In this document: positions 51,457 through 64,000 of the stretch, in pieces
Layout: each line of letters opens with the position of its first letter
Position numbering within the stretch: the stretch's first letter is position 1
Source of the DNA: Vicugna vicugna
Lineage: Eukaryota
Direction of reading: 5' to 3'
Assembly: GCA_013265495.1 (NCBI GenBank)
Contig: MU057711.1
Span: 248,001-312,000 of the forward strand
Length of the DNA stretch: 64,000 nucleotides
Program-made: the position numbers and the translations under genes
Notes under the pieces: generated by a model
What the model was told of the DNA's origin: nothing
What the model saw: the letters and a program-made list of their open reading frames with translations, nothing else
Database searches by the model: none

Positions 51457-53336
51457 GTAAGAGTACATGTCTAATGGAACATTTTTAAATACAAGGACCT
51501 CTCCGTTCTTGAACATATATCAAATATGCGTAAGGAATATCCACTAAAATGTTCCAAGTTATTTTCTCCTCAATTAAACCTGTTTTTTTTTTAACCTTTT
51601 AAGTGGAAAATGTTCACTCATGCCCCGTAGAGTGGAGTAGTCTGTTAGATGTATGAACTCCCAAATTGCTTTCATGCAGTGATGCTTGATTGTTTCTCTG
51701 TCTGAATGATATTGGAGCCTGGATTCTGCCTGTGACTGTTAACCTCCAATGACTCCATAGTTATTGATAGTTTCTGTTTCCAGTTTTATTTTCTGTATGT
51801 TTTCAAGAACAGTACAGAATCATTATAGCTATAAAAATTAGCTCCTTTATGGTCTGCGGAAGCCATTTGGAAAGGAACATGACATTTAATAGAATTGTGC
51901 TCTAAAGACTGTTTACAAAAATAGATCATTTCTAATTGTGTTCATGTCTACTCTGCATTAAGGATGAAACCCAGTCATATCTGAAATCCATCCTTGTATG
52001 TTGAGGAATCTTTGAATTCTACATCACGGTCTACTTCTAGCATTGTATAATATAGAATAATGTAGAATATATTTCAAGTATTTAATGTCTAGCTACTCAA
52101 AGTTTTTGGCTCATCTGAAAATCCTCTATTGAGAGAGGCATATTGATTTGGTTAAAATTGAAATTGAGCCATATTCTAAATAGCAATGTAATTGATAAGA
52201 TTTATAGTTCTGGTAGTAAACATAATTGTTTATTCAAATAAGATCTACTTAGTTTTTGCATTATTGTAGCTAAAGATAGGTATTATCCATGTGCATTGAA
52301 TTGTCTTAATTATTTTTAACTTAATAAAGGCAGAAGAACTCTAAGCAAATTTCAAACAGAATCTATGATTGTTTCTAATTAATCTTGAAACTGAAAGTAT
52401 AAACAGAATCCCGATTATATTGAGGACATTTATCAAAACTTGTACTTGAAAATAATAAGATCATTAAAAAGCAAACATTTCATTAAGAACCTAGAATTCA
52501 GAATGGTTATTTTAGTAATACTTTAAAATAAAGCAAAATTTATATAAAACAGTTTATAATAAATGCTGAGAGAATTATTTTTAAACCATTTTTATAAACT
52601 AAGGAATAGTATCTTTTCGTTGATATTTGAAAGACTTTAAATGTTATAAATCTGTAAAACCTTATACTGTGAAAATCATAAACATCTACAGAATTTAAAT
52701 AAAATTTTATCCAGTCTGTTATAAAGCTATAAAAATAAGTTCGGGGTAAAATGATTAAAATCTTGTTCTTTACTCATTTCCTTTTTTGGGCTCTGTCCTG
52801 TCACATGGTTAATTTATTGATAAACTAGTCATGAGGCCAGACCACGTGTAAATTGCTGCCAAAGAATGAAGCCCAGTGGTGTCTTCTGAGCCCTGGTATA
52901 TGATTGTGCACATACTAGAATCAACATAGAGTTTTTTTGAACAAATAAATGAAGAGTTATATATATTCAGAGTCTAAAGTAGTTGTTCAATTTGCTGTAT
53001 TTTGTTTTTTATTTTCTGTAGTCAATTAAAATAAGGTATTTTTATTTATTAAAAAGTTAGATTGTATGTTAATTAAGAAAACAATAAATTTCAAGAAATA
53101 AAGTACTCACCAAAATTACACTCAAACTAAGTTGTAACAAGGGCTGAGGACATTCACACTGGTATGTTTGGGTTACTTACTTAAATATGTCAGGTAGTTC
53201 AGAACACAAATGGGCAGAGGTATTAACTCTAGTAGAACAAAATGAAAATTCAAGAGTGTTTTTTTTAAAGGAGAATAAATGTTATGCACTTAATTAAAAG
53301 CTTTTTTCAACAAAGACTCTATTATCCAATGTCTAG

Positions 53337-53394
53337 GTACTGTTTCTGATCACATTGAGAGAATCTATAGAAGAGCTGGCAGCAAAAAACTTTG
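53337..53394 (+). CDS. PHKB: PHKB exon, 58 nt: (G)[18 protein letters not shown](W)
   Basis: TCTAG acceptor and a weak TG|GTTCGT donor, phase 1 to 2. Confidence 0.95.
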
Positions 53395-54509
53395 GTTCGT
53401 ATTAGCGTCCTTGTCATTCTGTTTTTTTTTTTTGTGTTGTCTTATTCTATAGCCTAAAGATAATGGACCAGTCTTAAAGATGGTTTTTCATCCTAATTTT
53501 TACTTTCAAATGCCGGGACTATAGCCCTGTGAGCCTGCCTCCATTCCATTTTATCCTAGCTCTCCCAAGATATTTAAAACATGGCTGGGAATAAAGACTT
53601 CCACAGGAAAAGAACCTGGAGAGGATGTACTGAAATGACATTCTGAGGATTCCCACCCTGCACTTCCTGTGTCCCAGCAAGTTGCTATAGGTTCTAATTT
53701 GTGTTTGGGAAACCTGTTCTGTTGTGGAAGGTCATGGAAAGAGACCAGTGTTTTGTTTAATCATGAGCGAAAAAATAATATACTTAGAAGGTAGTTCTCT
53801 TACAACTTAAATTGAATGAATCCCAGTGATTGTAATTGCTTCATAATGTATAATAACTGGTATGTTCTGCAGAGATGGTCTCTTCCAATAAAAAATTAGG
53901 TAAGTTGAGATTAAAGTGTTTAAATTCACAATGGGGTAGGTATGCCTAAATGCATGCCCTCTGTATCTTTGAAGCAATTCTAACAGTTTTACTAGCAGAA
54001 TCTAACACTTTGAAAGTGAGAGTATACATATGTATTTTTTTTTAATGATCCATTATTATCTAGTTTTGAAATAAAAAGAAGTCTGAGGCAGTGTCGTAGG
54101 AAACTCTCTTAACTTCAGCCTCAGTTTTCTAATCTCTAAAATAAGTGGATTAGACAAAACAGTCTCTTACAGTATTTCAACTCTATGATTTATAATAAAT
54201 ATACTATTCCAACCCAGAAAAAATAATGTAATAATCCTGTGGTTAAGCCTCAAATTTTCGCTGTAGATTCTCAGCACAGTAAGGCACGCAAACCAATAGC
54301 CTTTGCCTTTTAGTCAGTCAATTTCAAATGTGGGCTGTAGTCTTATTTTCAGCTAACCATACCTATTTTTGCTGTATGTTTTATACTTGCATTATAGATA
54401 AATCGTTACCAAACATTTAGAGTCCTGACTATTATGTTTAGAAGAACAAACTTCTAGAAGTTTTATTTACTGTATTTTCCCTTTCATGGCTTTCCACTGA
54501 CACACCCAG

Positions 54510-54600
54510 GTTGGCGGTGCGCTACGGGGCTGCATTTACCCAGAAATTTTCTTCCTCTATAGCCCCACACATTACTACTTTTCTGGTACATGGGAAACAG
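54510..54600 (+). CDS. PHKB: PHKB mutually exclusive exon A (muscle-type), 91 nt: [30 protein letters not shown]
   Basis: CCCAG acceptor, CAG|GTAACA donor, phase 2 to 0. Matches the recalled muscle isoform. The tissue assignment comes from the human/rabbit literature. Confidence 0.95.
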
Positions 54601-55532
54601 GTAACATGCACAAAATGTGGAAAGTCAAGCTGCTTGAAACGTGTCGGCTTATTTGCGTTCTAAGGGTTAAACATGTCTTTTGTTCTTATAGTGTGTGGGT
54701 GAAAGCTTCATAAGAAGTCTTTGTTTCACTAACTTTATCAGACATGACTAAATTTTCTACTAGTTCATCTATGTTGAGATTAAGCAGTGTAAGTGTTTCT
54801 ATAGGTCAGCTTCCATGGATGTCCTGAAATACAAGAAAACAGTTTTAAACCTGCATTTTCATTTTATTTTCTACGTCTGAAAGTTCCATATGAATTTTTA
54901 CTTTTGAGTGGAAAAAAAATGTCTTATGTATTGCATGTGCTGTGCTTAAAAATCTGTTCTCCCTACAGTTTAAGACTTTTTCAGAAATGTAAAAATAACA
55001 GTGTGAATTCCTTCCTCCAACATTCTGGCAAGAAAAAAAAATGCTGGTATTTCATTGTATCACTTCCTAAAATTGAGTACTTAGTGAGTCCTCTAATCCA
55101 GGATTTGGTTATCTAGGCCCCAAAAGAAACATGATTTAAAGTGGTTATTGGAACTGATGGTATGTACCAGTGACAGACTTAACAATGATCTATTTAATTC
55201 AGATCATTTATTAAGATTACTCATTTCTGCCTCCTGGACCGCTTCCCACCAAAGGGGTAGTTGGGAGACCTTTTCTTTATTTTTAAATTATTAATGGTAT
55301 GAATAATCTGGTGGCAGAGGTGAGGATGAGGGACCTCTCTATACTTTTAGATGGTCCTGTAGCCGAGGAGATTTTAGCTGTTAGATCCAATATCTTGGGC
55401 TCAGTGTTTCTTCCCTATTATTATGTGAGGACCTGATTGTACATATTTTTAAGTCTCCCCATTCAGGGGCTCCATTCATTCATCATCTTTTAGATTTGTC
55501 AACCTCTGGCCTGCTCTCTTCTTTGCCCCCAG

Positions 55533-55623
55533 GTCGGTGGTACGCCATGCAGCAAGTCTTTTAAGTAAACTAGTGGACAGCCTGGCCCCATCCATTACTA
55601 ATGTTTTAGTGCAGGGCAAACAG
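55533..55623 (+). CDS. PHKB: PHKB mutually exclusive exon B (non-muscle-type), 91 nt: SVVRHAASLLSKLVDSLAPSITNVLVQGKQ
   Basis: Strong pyrimidine tract with CCCCAG acceptor and CAG|GTAAGT donor. Same length and phase as exon A, and 14 of 30 aa identical to it. Confidence 0.95.
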
Positions 55624-55859
55624 GTAAGTATCTGATTTTCAGACTCTCGGTCAGTTACAGAAGTTTCTGAGTAGGACCCTGGCTTTTATGTTATTTTATT
55701 TTTGAGGTTAATTTTTACTTTTGTTTGCCAATGTAACTTAATTACAGTGGCTTGCAAACTTTTTTGACCTAAAAAATACATATTACATCACAATCCAACA
55801 AACACACATATATATGTATATAACTGAAACCAAGGTTTTGCCAAAAATGTCTACCCTGA

Positions 55860-56146
55860 GTTTTCTTGTTTTTAAGGCTTTTTTGGGGAGCATTTTTAGG
55901 TTTACAACAAAATTGACAGGAAGGTACATAAATTTCCCATATACCCCCTCTCCACTCATATGCACAGTCATTATTTTTATTTACCAGAGTGGTACTTTTT
56001 TTTTTTTTTAGCTAAGAGTGAATGTACTTTGATACATAATAATCACCAAAGTCCACAGTTCACATTAGTTTGGACAAAAGTATAATGACATAGATATCCA
56101 TTGTTACAATGTCATACAAAGTATTTTCACTGCTCTAAAAAACTCC
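55860..56146 (-). mobile_element. L1M 3'-end fragment
   Basis: GCATTTTTAGGTTTACAACAAAATTGA...AATTTCCCATATACCCC...GTATTTTCACTGCTCTAAAAA. Confidence 0.75.
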
Positions 56147-59100
56147 ACTCCAGAATGGCGTATGGAATCTCTTTCTTTTTTCCCTTGAAAAGAGGTTCAA
56201 AGCCTTCATGTCTATAAGACCACTCATGGCCCACCCACACATGGAACAGACAGGCTCTAGTTGGCCAGTTCCCCTACTAAATATTACAGCATATCTTCCA
56301 GTGTTGAGCCCTGTCCACTGGCCCTGCCCAGTGGCCATGTGGAAGTGCAGGGGGCCACATGTAGGGTATTTGTTCATAGGAAGGCCCCAAGTTTTGTGCC
56401 CCTCGTCACAATGAACCCAGATTCCTGTTGTTATAAACAAAGGATCCATTTCTTTATGCCCCTTGCTCTGAGCACACCCTAGGACTCTGGCTTTTAAATC
56501 TGGCAAGCCTGAGTGTCATAGGCCTCTCATAACCACATCAGCAATGAATGACTGAGGCATTTCTACAAAAGGCACCTTCCCCAAGCAAAATCTAGTCTAA
56601 GGATGCACAGTTACTGAATACCTGCACCTTAAAGCTTTAATTTTCAACTCCTGTGTTAACTTGAATCAGTGAAGATGCTGACAAAGAAAACTGAATGATA
56701 CCCACTGAAACACTCTAGACAGGCTTAGGATATGCAGAGCAAAGAGAGGGAGCAGTGAAGGGCACATTTTCCCTTCTGCTCCACTTAAGATTCTTCTCCC
56801 CATTAGACATGCGCTGGCTCCCCAGATCTTTAACCCTTTGAAGCACCTCTCCTTCCAGCTCCTCCCCTCCCACCAAGGCCAGCTCTTCCCAGCTCCTCCA
56901 CACAGAGCCATCTCCAGTTAGCAGTCCCTTCCTCCTCAGGGTTCTCCCAACTGGCCTGTGACACTTCTTACAATCTGCTCTGGATCCCTGTTCATTTGAA
57001 TGTGTATCTCTCACCCCAGGGTAGGCTGTGAGCCCCTGGAGGTCAGGGCCCATGTCTTGGCCAGCACCTGTCCCAGTGTGCCCAGCATGCCTTGGAGAGG
57101 CACTTGGTGAACGTGGGTTGAGTTGAGCCTCTGCATGTGGGTTTGTGGAGTGGAATGTGGTTGCTCATTTTTTGTTTTGTTTTGTTTTCCATAAGCTCTA
57201 ATTACCTGGCTAAATCATCATCATCTGTTTGGAATGAAAACCTGTTTGCTTTCTATCTGTTCTTTGCGAATACGTGTGTTCTGTTTTGTCTTCCTGACAG
57301 TTAACCTTGGAATATAATAAGCTTTAATAATACGAAATACTTTAACCCTCTTTAATGGAATCAACCCATTGCTCATATCTGAGGGCTCTTAGTTCATTAA
57401 GAGTTAAATTATTCCATCTTGACATCTAGCTCTTGAAATGCTGAAAGAATAAGTTATTTATTTTAGTCTGTAATATTTAATGACAATTTAAAAAACTCCT
57501 GAGAAAAATTTAAATTGCTTTTCACATGTTATTTTCTGTTTTCTCCAAATGACTAAGAGGTAGAATTTTCATCCTCATCCATTAACTGAATAGACCGAGG
57601 CACAGGAAATAAGTTACCCAGTGCCTTTCCTCACCGCAGCACTCATATCTCACAACAGAGTCCTTGGACTGAGCCACCTCTGAAAGAAAGTAAACAGATT
57701 TGGGGAAGCTGTCTTTCCTTGGCTTTTAGGCCTGTGTAGTATATCTGAAAATATAGTTCGTTCTGCTTCACGTGAGCATACAAGAAGGTCGTTTGCACCT
57801 GACAGGTGGGGAAGGGGTAGGTCAGAGCTGGTCATGTCCGTTCTAGGGAAGATCTGGAGTGGCTGACAGCCTGTGATGCTGAGAGTCTGCTCCTCACACC
57901 CTGAAGGCCTGGAGCCTGTCCTGAGGCTGTGGCTGGACCACTGCCTATTAGGCCGGCACGTCTCCCAGGAAAACAGTCACTTACGTGGAGCTGGGTACCT
58001 GCGAGGCTGACAGCTTCACTTTAGGTGTATGAAGTCCATTCATTGACTGCATCTTACCCCTTCACAAGAAAGAAATGAGAATGGAACATTCCAAGTTTGC
58101 TTTCACTCATTTATGAAATGCCACCCTAAGAACTGAAGCAATATTGTTTCTACGAAGCACTTTCAGATCACCGCAAGCTCTCTGGAATGAAATAGGGGTT
58201 TAGTCATCATTGCTTGCAGAGGCAATGATGTACCTTCGGTTTGTTTTTTTCTTGTAACACTGACGTTTTAATACAAGTAATCACACTTGGACTAACTGGT
58301 TGGTACCACTTGTGTTACAATAAACCAGCATTTCTCCCTCCATCACAAAGTTGGGGCAAAAGACCCACCTTCTGCTCTCTCCCCTCATCTCAGAAAACAG
58401 AAGGGCCCTTTGATCTGCTCTTCTTTCTCCTGCCTCTTATAATTGTGCACTGTCCAACGAAGAGAGCGGGAGGGAGGTAATGAGGAGGAAGGAGGGGCCG
58501 CAGACTCTTCTGGGAGGCAAAATGCTGAGGACAGAGGAGAAAGGGAGAGCAGAGTAATCCTCTTGCCCAGCTTCTACAGCACTTTCGGCTTTGAATTTTC
58601 GTTGCCATTTCCCTCTGTGCTTTCTCATTTCCCAGGCTTGTGAGCAGCCTCGTGTGTTCCCCTCCACGGGCGAGATATGCATCAACAAGCATTTTAACAC
58701 TCACTAGGTGCCTGGCACTATGCCGGGAAAAGTGAAGCTACGCTACAGCTCCAAGACCTCGCACTTGCCTTTGAAAAGGTTACAGTGTTGTTAAAGAGCA
58801 GAAAGTTCCGCATGAGGAACTGTAAAAGAAGTGAAGAATATACTCCCAGATGCTAAATTGTGTAGACCGTGCAGTAAAGTAAAACTATTCAGGGTATTCT
58901 GGTTTCTCTGGGGAGTTTCTCATATTAAAGTCATTCAGAATAATTTTATCTTAATGGTTATTTATATTCCTTCCGTGCTTTTATCCACTCTCCTCCACTC
59001 CCCTAACTGGAACCCTCACCTGCCCTTATATTTTAGACCAGACTGAACCATCATGAACTCCAGCGGGAGTCATGCTTTGAAAGCCATTTTAATAAACAGC

Positions 59101-59236
59101 AGGAACAGTTATTCCACCTAATTCTCTAGCTGGCATAGAGTAATTTCAGCCTGCCAGTCATCCTGAGCCTTGAATGTTTTTTCTTTGATCTGTTGGTAGC
59201 TAGGAAATTTTTACAATAAAATGTTGCCACCTGTAG

Positions 59237-59439
59237 GTAACTCTGGGTGCCTTTGGGCATGAAGAAGAGGTTATCTCTAATCCTTTGTCTCCAAGAGTGA
59301 TTAAGAACATCATCTATTACAAGTGTAACACCAATGATGAGAGGGAGGCGGTCCTTCAGCAAGAGCTGGTCATCCACATTGGCTGGATCATCTCCAATAA
59401 CCCTGAGTTATTCAGTGGCATGCTGAAAATACGAATTGG
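59237..59439 (+). CDS. PHKB: PHKB exon, 203 nt: [67 protein letters not shown](G)
   Basis: CTGTAG acceptor, GG|GTGAGT donor, phase 0 to 2. The gene continues beyond the window. Confidence 0.97.
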
Positions 59440-60299
59440 GTGAGTAAAGTACTTTGCATTTGCATAAAGAGAATTGTTCAGGTTGTCCTCAGCCTCTGAG
59501 TGAAGTGCTGCCCCACATCTGGTGGATATTTAGGAAAGTGCATCTTCCCTTAAGTTGTAGAGGCAATGTCTGGTAGTGTGAAGAAATACCAGTGGCCTAA
59601 AAAAATCCTCCTCTTTATTTAACTCACACGTTAGTTAGATAGAGTGAAGTAACTCTGTTCTCTGACAAAATCACATTCCAGGGATTTAAACAGCTGCATC
59701 ACGTTAAACAAGCAAACAAAACCCGCTATGTACAATACTTATGAAAATTCCTATAAAGTGGATAAGCCTTCAGACAAGAATTTTTTTTTTTTTTTTTTTT
59801 TTTATTAAAATGAGGTGTCAGGAGGACATACTCAGATAAAATTTTGGCCATTTTAAGAGTATTCTGCATCCATTTTTCTACTAAAATCTAATTTTTAATC
59901 ATTAAAATCGTAAGTGTTCTGTTTGGAGAGGAAATTGAAAGTAAGGCTCGGGTGATCTTGAATCTTCTTTATCAAGAATTGTGTGAGGCAGTGTGGTAAG
60001 GCTCTGGCCTTCAGCAGGGGTGAGTGCAGGCCCTGACTGTCACCTACCACATCAGTGACCTGGGACGGAGGGCTGAACCTCTCCCCTTGCTTTCATACCA
60101 GCCTCACTGTTTTACATGAGATGGAACGACATAGTATGTTTAAAAAGCTTACCACAGCCAAATACAGTATAAATATCGCTTTTCAGTTTTTAAACGTATT
60201 TTTGATTGTCCAAGTATCACATGAATATGTTCTCTAACGGTAAAAGAATATTCCCATAGCACAAATACACGTGAATGTGTGTGAGTGGGGAGAAGTGGA

Positions 60300-61390
60300 T
60301 GGCTTGCTAAGTGTATAATTAGTTCATCAGTATCTTTACTACTTCTGTTCTGCTGGATCCTCCACTGCTGACAAATCGTAAAATGTTCTCATGATTTCTC
60401 CTTGCATTTTTATCGGTTTTGCTTTATATACTTTGATGCTTTGTTTTTGTCCAACTACCTCATAGTTTTAACAATATATCTTCCTTTTTGTCATGTATTT
60501 TCTACTTGAGTTCTTTTAAAAAATTATTTTTAATTTCAAACAGCTACACAAGTACAGAGATTAGCATAATAAAGCCCATAATGTTATCCAGCATCAACAA
60601 CATCATCAAATGGCCAATCTCCCTTCACTCTTACCCCTACCTACTGCCCACCCCACCCACATCCCCACGCCCAGATTTAAAGCAAACCCATCGTATCATT
60701 TAATCTGTGACTACTTCAGTGTGAGTCTCTAAGAGATAAGGACTTTTTAAAACCATAACCATGACACCATTACAGCACATAAAATACAACAAGTGAATTC
60801 TTGTTGTCTGTTCCTGCCATGCCTGCTTTCTTTTCTTGTCATGATTAGCTCGGTATACTGTCTTCCATACCTTTACCTGCAGTGTTCTTTTTTCATATTG
60901 TAGAGATATGTCTTTTATATTTAACATTTATACTGTGTTTCCTTTTTTTAATTGATATGCTGCATTTTTATTCACGTTCAGTTCCAAATATTTTCTAATT
61001 TTTATTTTTATTTTTACATTGATCTAAGGGTTATTTAGAAGTGTATTATTTAGTTTCCAAATATTTGAGAATCTTCCAGAGACTGTTGAAATTTAAGTTC
61101 TTTCTAAATTGATCTATAGATTCTATGCAATCCCAGTGAAAATCCCAGCAGGCTTTCTTGGTAGAAATTGACAACTGATTTTAAAATTTTTATGGAAATG
61201 CAAAGCATTCAGAATAGACAAAGCAACTGGGGAAAAGGAGGAGAAAGCTGCAGAACTAAACAGACAGTTCTGATTTCAAGACTTAACAAAGCTATAATAA
61301 TCAAGGCAGTGTAGTACTGGCATCAAGATAGACATACGGGTCAATGGAATAGTGTATTTACTTTTAATCCAATCAGATTATCTTTTCATA

Positions 61391-61427
<37 letters not shown>

Positions 61428-61900
61428 CATATTTGTGCCATTTCATTTATATTTGGACTTATTCTTGCCATTTTATTTTGTTTCCTATTTACCAGGCTTT
61501 TTTGTTGTTACTTTTTTTCTTTCTTCTTTGTTGCTGGGTTGATTTCCCTTTCATTTCTTTTCATTTCCCTTTAATTTTGCATGTGAGTATGAAGCACGTT
61601 GTGAAAAATGATTACCCATTTTTTTTCTTCAGAAAATTACATAAAAATCTAGTTGCTTATTGGGAAGTATACGCATGCCCCTTGTTTCAACAGTTCTCGT
61701 TCTAGGAATTGTAGATATACTTTAACACGAGGCTTCATTTCAGCGTTGTTTGAAACAGTGAAACATTGGGAACAACCCAGATATCCGTCAGTAGGAAATA
61801 GTTCACATAAGTTGTTACGGCCGTGCATTAGTAAAATGCTGTGCAGCAATTACAAGTGACAAGATAAAGTCAACAGACTGACATTTATAAGTGTCCTAGG
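60300..61900. mobile_element. Mosaic of old L1M fragments in both orientations (plus-strand ORF2 piece at ~61095-61350)
   Basis: The plus-strand piece reads AAATTGATCTATAGATTCTATGCAATCCCA...AATCAAGGCAGTGTAGTACTGGCAT and sits between T-rich antisense L1 pieces. Confidence 0.7.
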
Positions 61901-63654
61901 TAAACTAAGTGCAGGAAAAGTTTCAAATATATTGTTCCATCTTTTATTAAAAAAATAATAATACTATATATACATATGTATAATGTGTGGGGGGGAATAT
62001 AGATAAAATCGGTGTCAGTTATTTTCTCTGGGAGATTTCTACTTTGTAAGTTATATTTTTCGGTTTTATTTAAATTTTTTTAGTTGAGGTTACTATTCTT
62101 TGAACTTTTTGCCTGATTTCAGCTAGAGTATATTTCAGGTGAGCTTCCATCCTTTATCTCCTCTTTCTCTTGATTGAGACATGAACTCATTCTGTGTAGA
62201 ACCTGACCTTCATTTTTATCCCTTAAAATAGTTCCTTTCAAAGCTTTAGAGTTATTCCAAATCAATTTTAAGCACTTTGAGTCATACCCTGGTTTATTCA
62301 GTCTCTGTTTGCTCTCAAATTGCCGCCTCCAACTCTTGACTACATATGAGGGTACAGAAGTGGTCTTCCATGTGAGGTGTCTCCAAATGAAAAGAAACGT
62401 GATCCTTCATATCCATACAGGCATGATGAAAAGTACTCTGTCATCACAGACTCAGGCATTTCTCTGAGGCTGACTGAGAAGGGTGGGTTATAACTCTTCC
62501 AAAGCGCATTTTTTGTAATAAATGTTCTACTCGGGAGAGCCTCTTTAAGTGATAGTCAGCCTTGCTGTGATTTAAACAAAGCCTTAGAGTGAAAGCTGAC
62601 TGTTCCCCAGGATTTTACAATGTGGTGTTTTTTAGCCTCTAGTAGGTTTTTCCTTTACTGCTTATTCAGCATTTTAGGCTAATATGTTCTCTCAAAAATC
62701 CAGTGTGATTTTCTTTCTTGAATCCGAATCTGACCTGAAACTTCTTTCTCTGCGTGGGAATGAAGTATGTTTAGTTTATTCTAAAAATCGTTTTCTCCCT
62801 GTTTTTGTGTCTGCTAGTCTATATGTTCAGTGCCTTCTGTGAGAAATAAGGCACTCTTTTTTATCTTAAGCTGTCACGCCAAATAAAAAAGCCAGGATAG
62901 AACATGTGACTTAGTGTTTTAATGATAGCAGAAACCTCCTAATGAAGAAATTTGCCAGGAAGGTTCAATTGTTCACTGTCCTGAAAGTCATCCTGGAACT
63001 CACTGTGGCATTAGATTCCAGCTGTAGGCATGAACAGTGTCCCTGCCCAACTTAATGTGTATGTTTCCCCCCATATGCTGGACTCACATGTCAGCTCTAA
63101 ACACTGGGGCATTGTCACTTGGAGAGAAGTCTAATTTTTTTTTAAATAAGCAATAATTAATTTAAGAAAGTTACTTCTGCTAAGGATAGAAACTAGACTT
63201 TGTCTTCCTGTCTGTATCATGGTCTAGCTCACAGGAGATGTTCAATGAAATTTGACAGATTGCTTAACATAGGTTATAAGTAGGTTCAGGTCGTTTGCCT
63301 TGAGCTCATGATGGGGAAGTTTAGGAAAAACACAAGCTAGCATGTCTCTCTACTCATTAGAGAAAGAAAGAAAGGGCTCTTAATTTTGGTAAATGCATTT
63401 GGTTTGTACATTTCCCTTCAGGAAATGACAAAGTTAGATAGGGGCTCGTTTATATGAAAATCTAGTCATATAGAGAGAGGATAGAAGGATGTGGCACTTT
63501 CTCCATTTATTCATTAATGTTGTACCATTAATCACATCAAAGTATGGTACAAATTGCCTTATAATGTAGCATTCCCAGTAAGGATCTAAGGGAATGCATG
63601 AATGAGTAACATGTTACTGCACTCAAAATTTCCCTCCGCCCCTCCTCCATACCA

Positions 63655-63880
63655 CAGATACAATTTATTGAACACCTTTTATATGCTAGGCAATATGCTA
63701 AAAATACTTCATATGTATTATCTGATTTAATCCATACAGCAGCCTTGAGGTAGACACTGGGACCCCCATTTTAAACAACCTGAGATTCAGAGAGCTTAGG
63801 TGACTTCTCCTAGTCAAATCAGTACATGAAAGAACTGGGGTTTATTCCCAGGACAGCCTGACTCCAGAGTTCTTGTTCTT
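63655..63880 (-). mobile_element. MIR SINE
   Basis: TTTATTGAACACC...CCCCATTTTAAACAACCTGAGATTCAGAGAGCTTAGGTGACTT...CCTGACTCCAGAG. Confidence 0.75.
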
Positions 63881-64000
63881 CAGCCTTAAGTCCTTTGTGC
63901 ATGTTTTCATGTAGGTGTACTGTCGCTCTTTTCTCAAGGAAAGAGGCCCTACTGTTTATGTCTAAAACCTTTGACCTTTATGGTCCCTCTTACATGATTT

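Noticed and set aside
56135..56506. 123-aa minus-strand ORF
   Set aside because: No recognisable domain or splice structure, and it ends inside an L1 fragment. Its origin is unresolved without a search.
1..64000. CRISPR arrays, operons, rRNA, snoRNA or a CpG-island promoter
   Set aside because: This is the interior of a eukaryotic gene. I saw no repeat-spacer array, no recognisable RNA gene and no CpG island, although small RNA genes cannot be excluded without an Rfam search.

Overview
Mammalian genomic DNA, AT-rich and CpG-depleted, very likely from a camelid because it carries two tRNA-Ala-derived vic-1-type SINEs. The whole window lies inside PHKB (phosphorylase kinase regulatory subunit beta) on the + strand. 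I read 15 coding exons directly. All introns between them are GT-AG with consistent phases, and with one of the two alternative exons they give about 438 contiguous codons (KLFLWGQALY...MLKIRIG). These include the known pair of duplicated, mutually exclusive 91-nt exons. The introns are filled with L1, L2, MIR, LTR and Tigger remnants, and there is one 38-N assembly gap. None of the supplied ORFs is an independent gene. The most unusual items are: (1) a 197-bp insertion flanked by target-site duplications (TSDs) that consists only of the 5' start of an L1 5'UTR plus a short tail, the reverse of normal L1 truncation; (2) a ~310-bp decayed cadherin-repeat fragment resembling FAT3, inserted with no poly(A) or TSD; (3) the frame logic and muscle splicing motifs around the mutually exclusive exons; (4) a few speculative cryptic exon and re-splicing candidates. 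Repeat family names come from recalled consensus sequences, not from a search.
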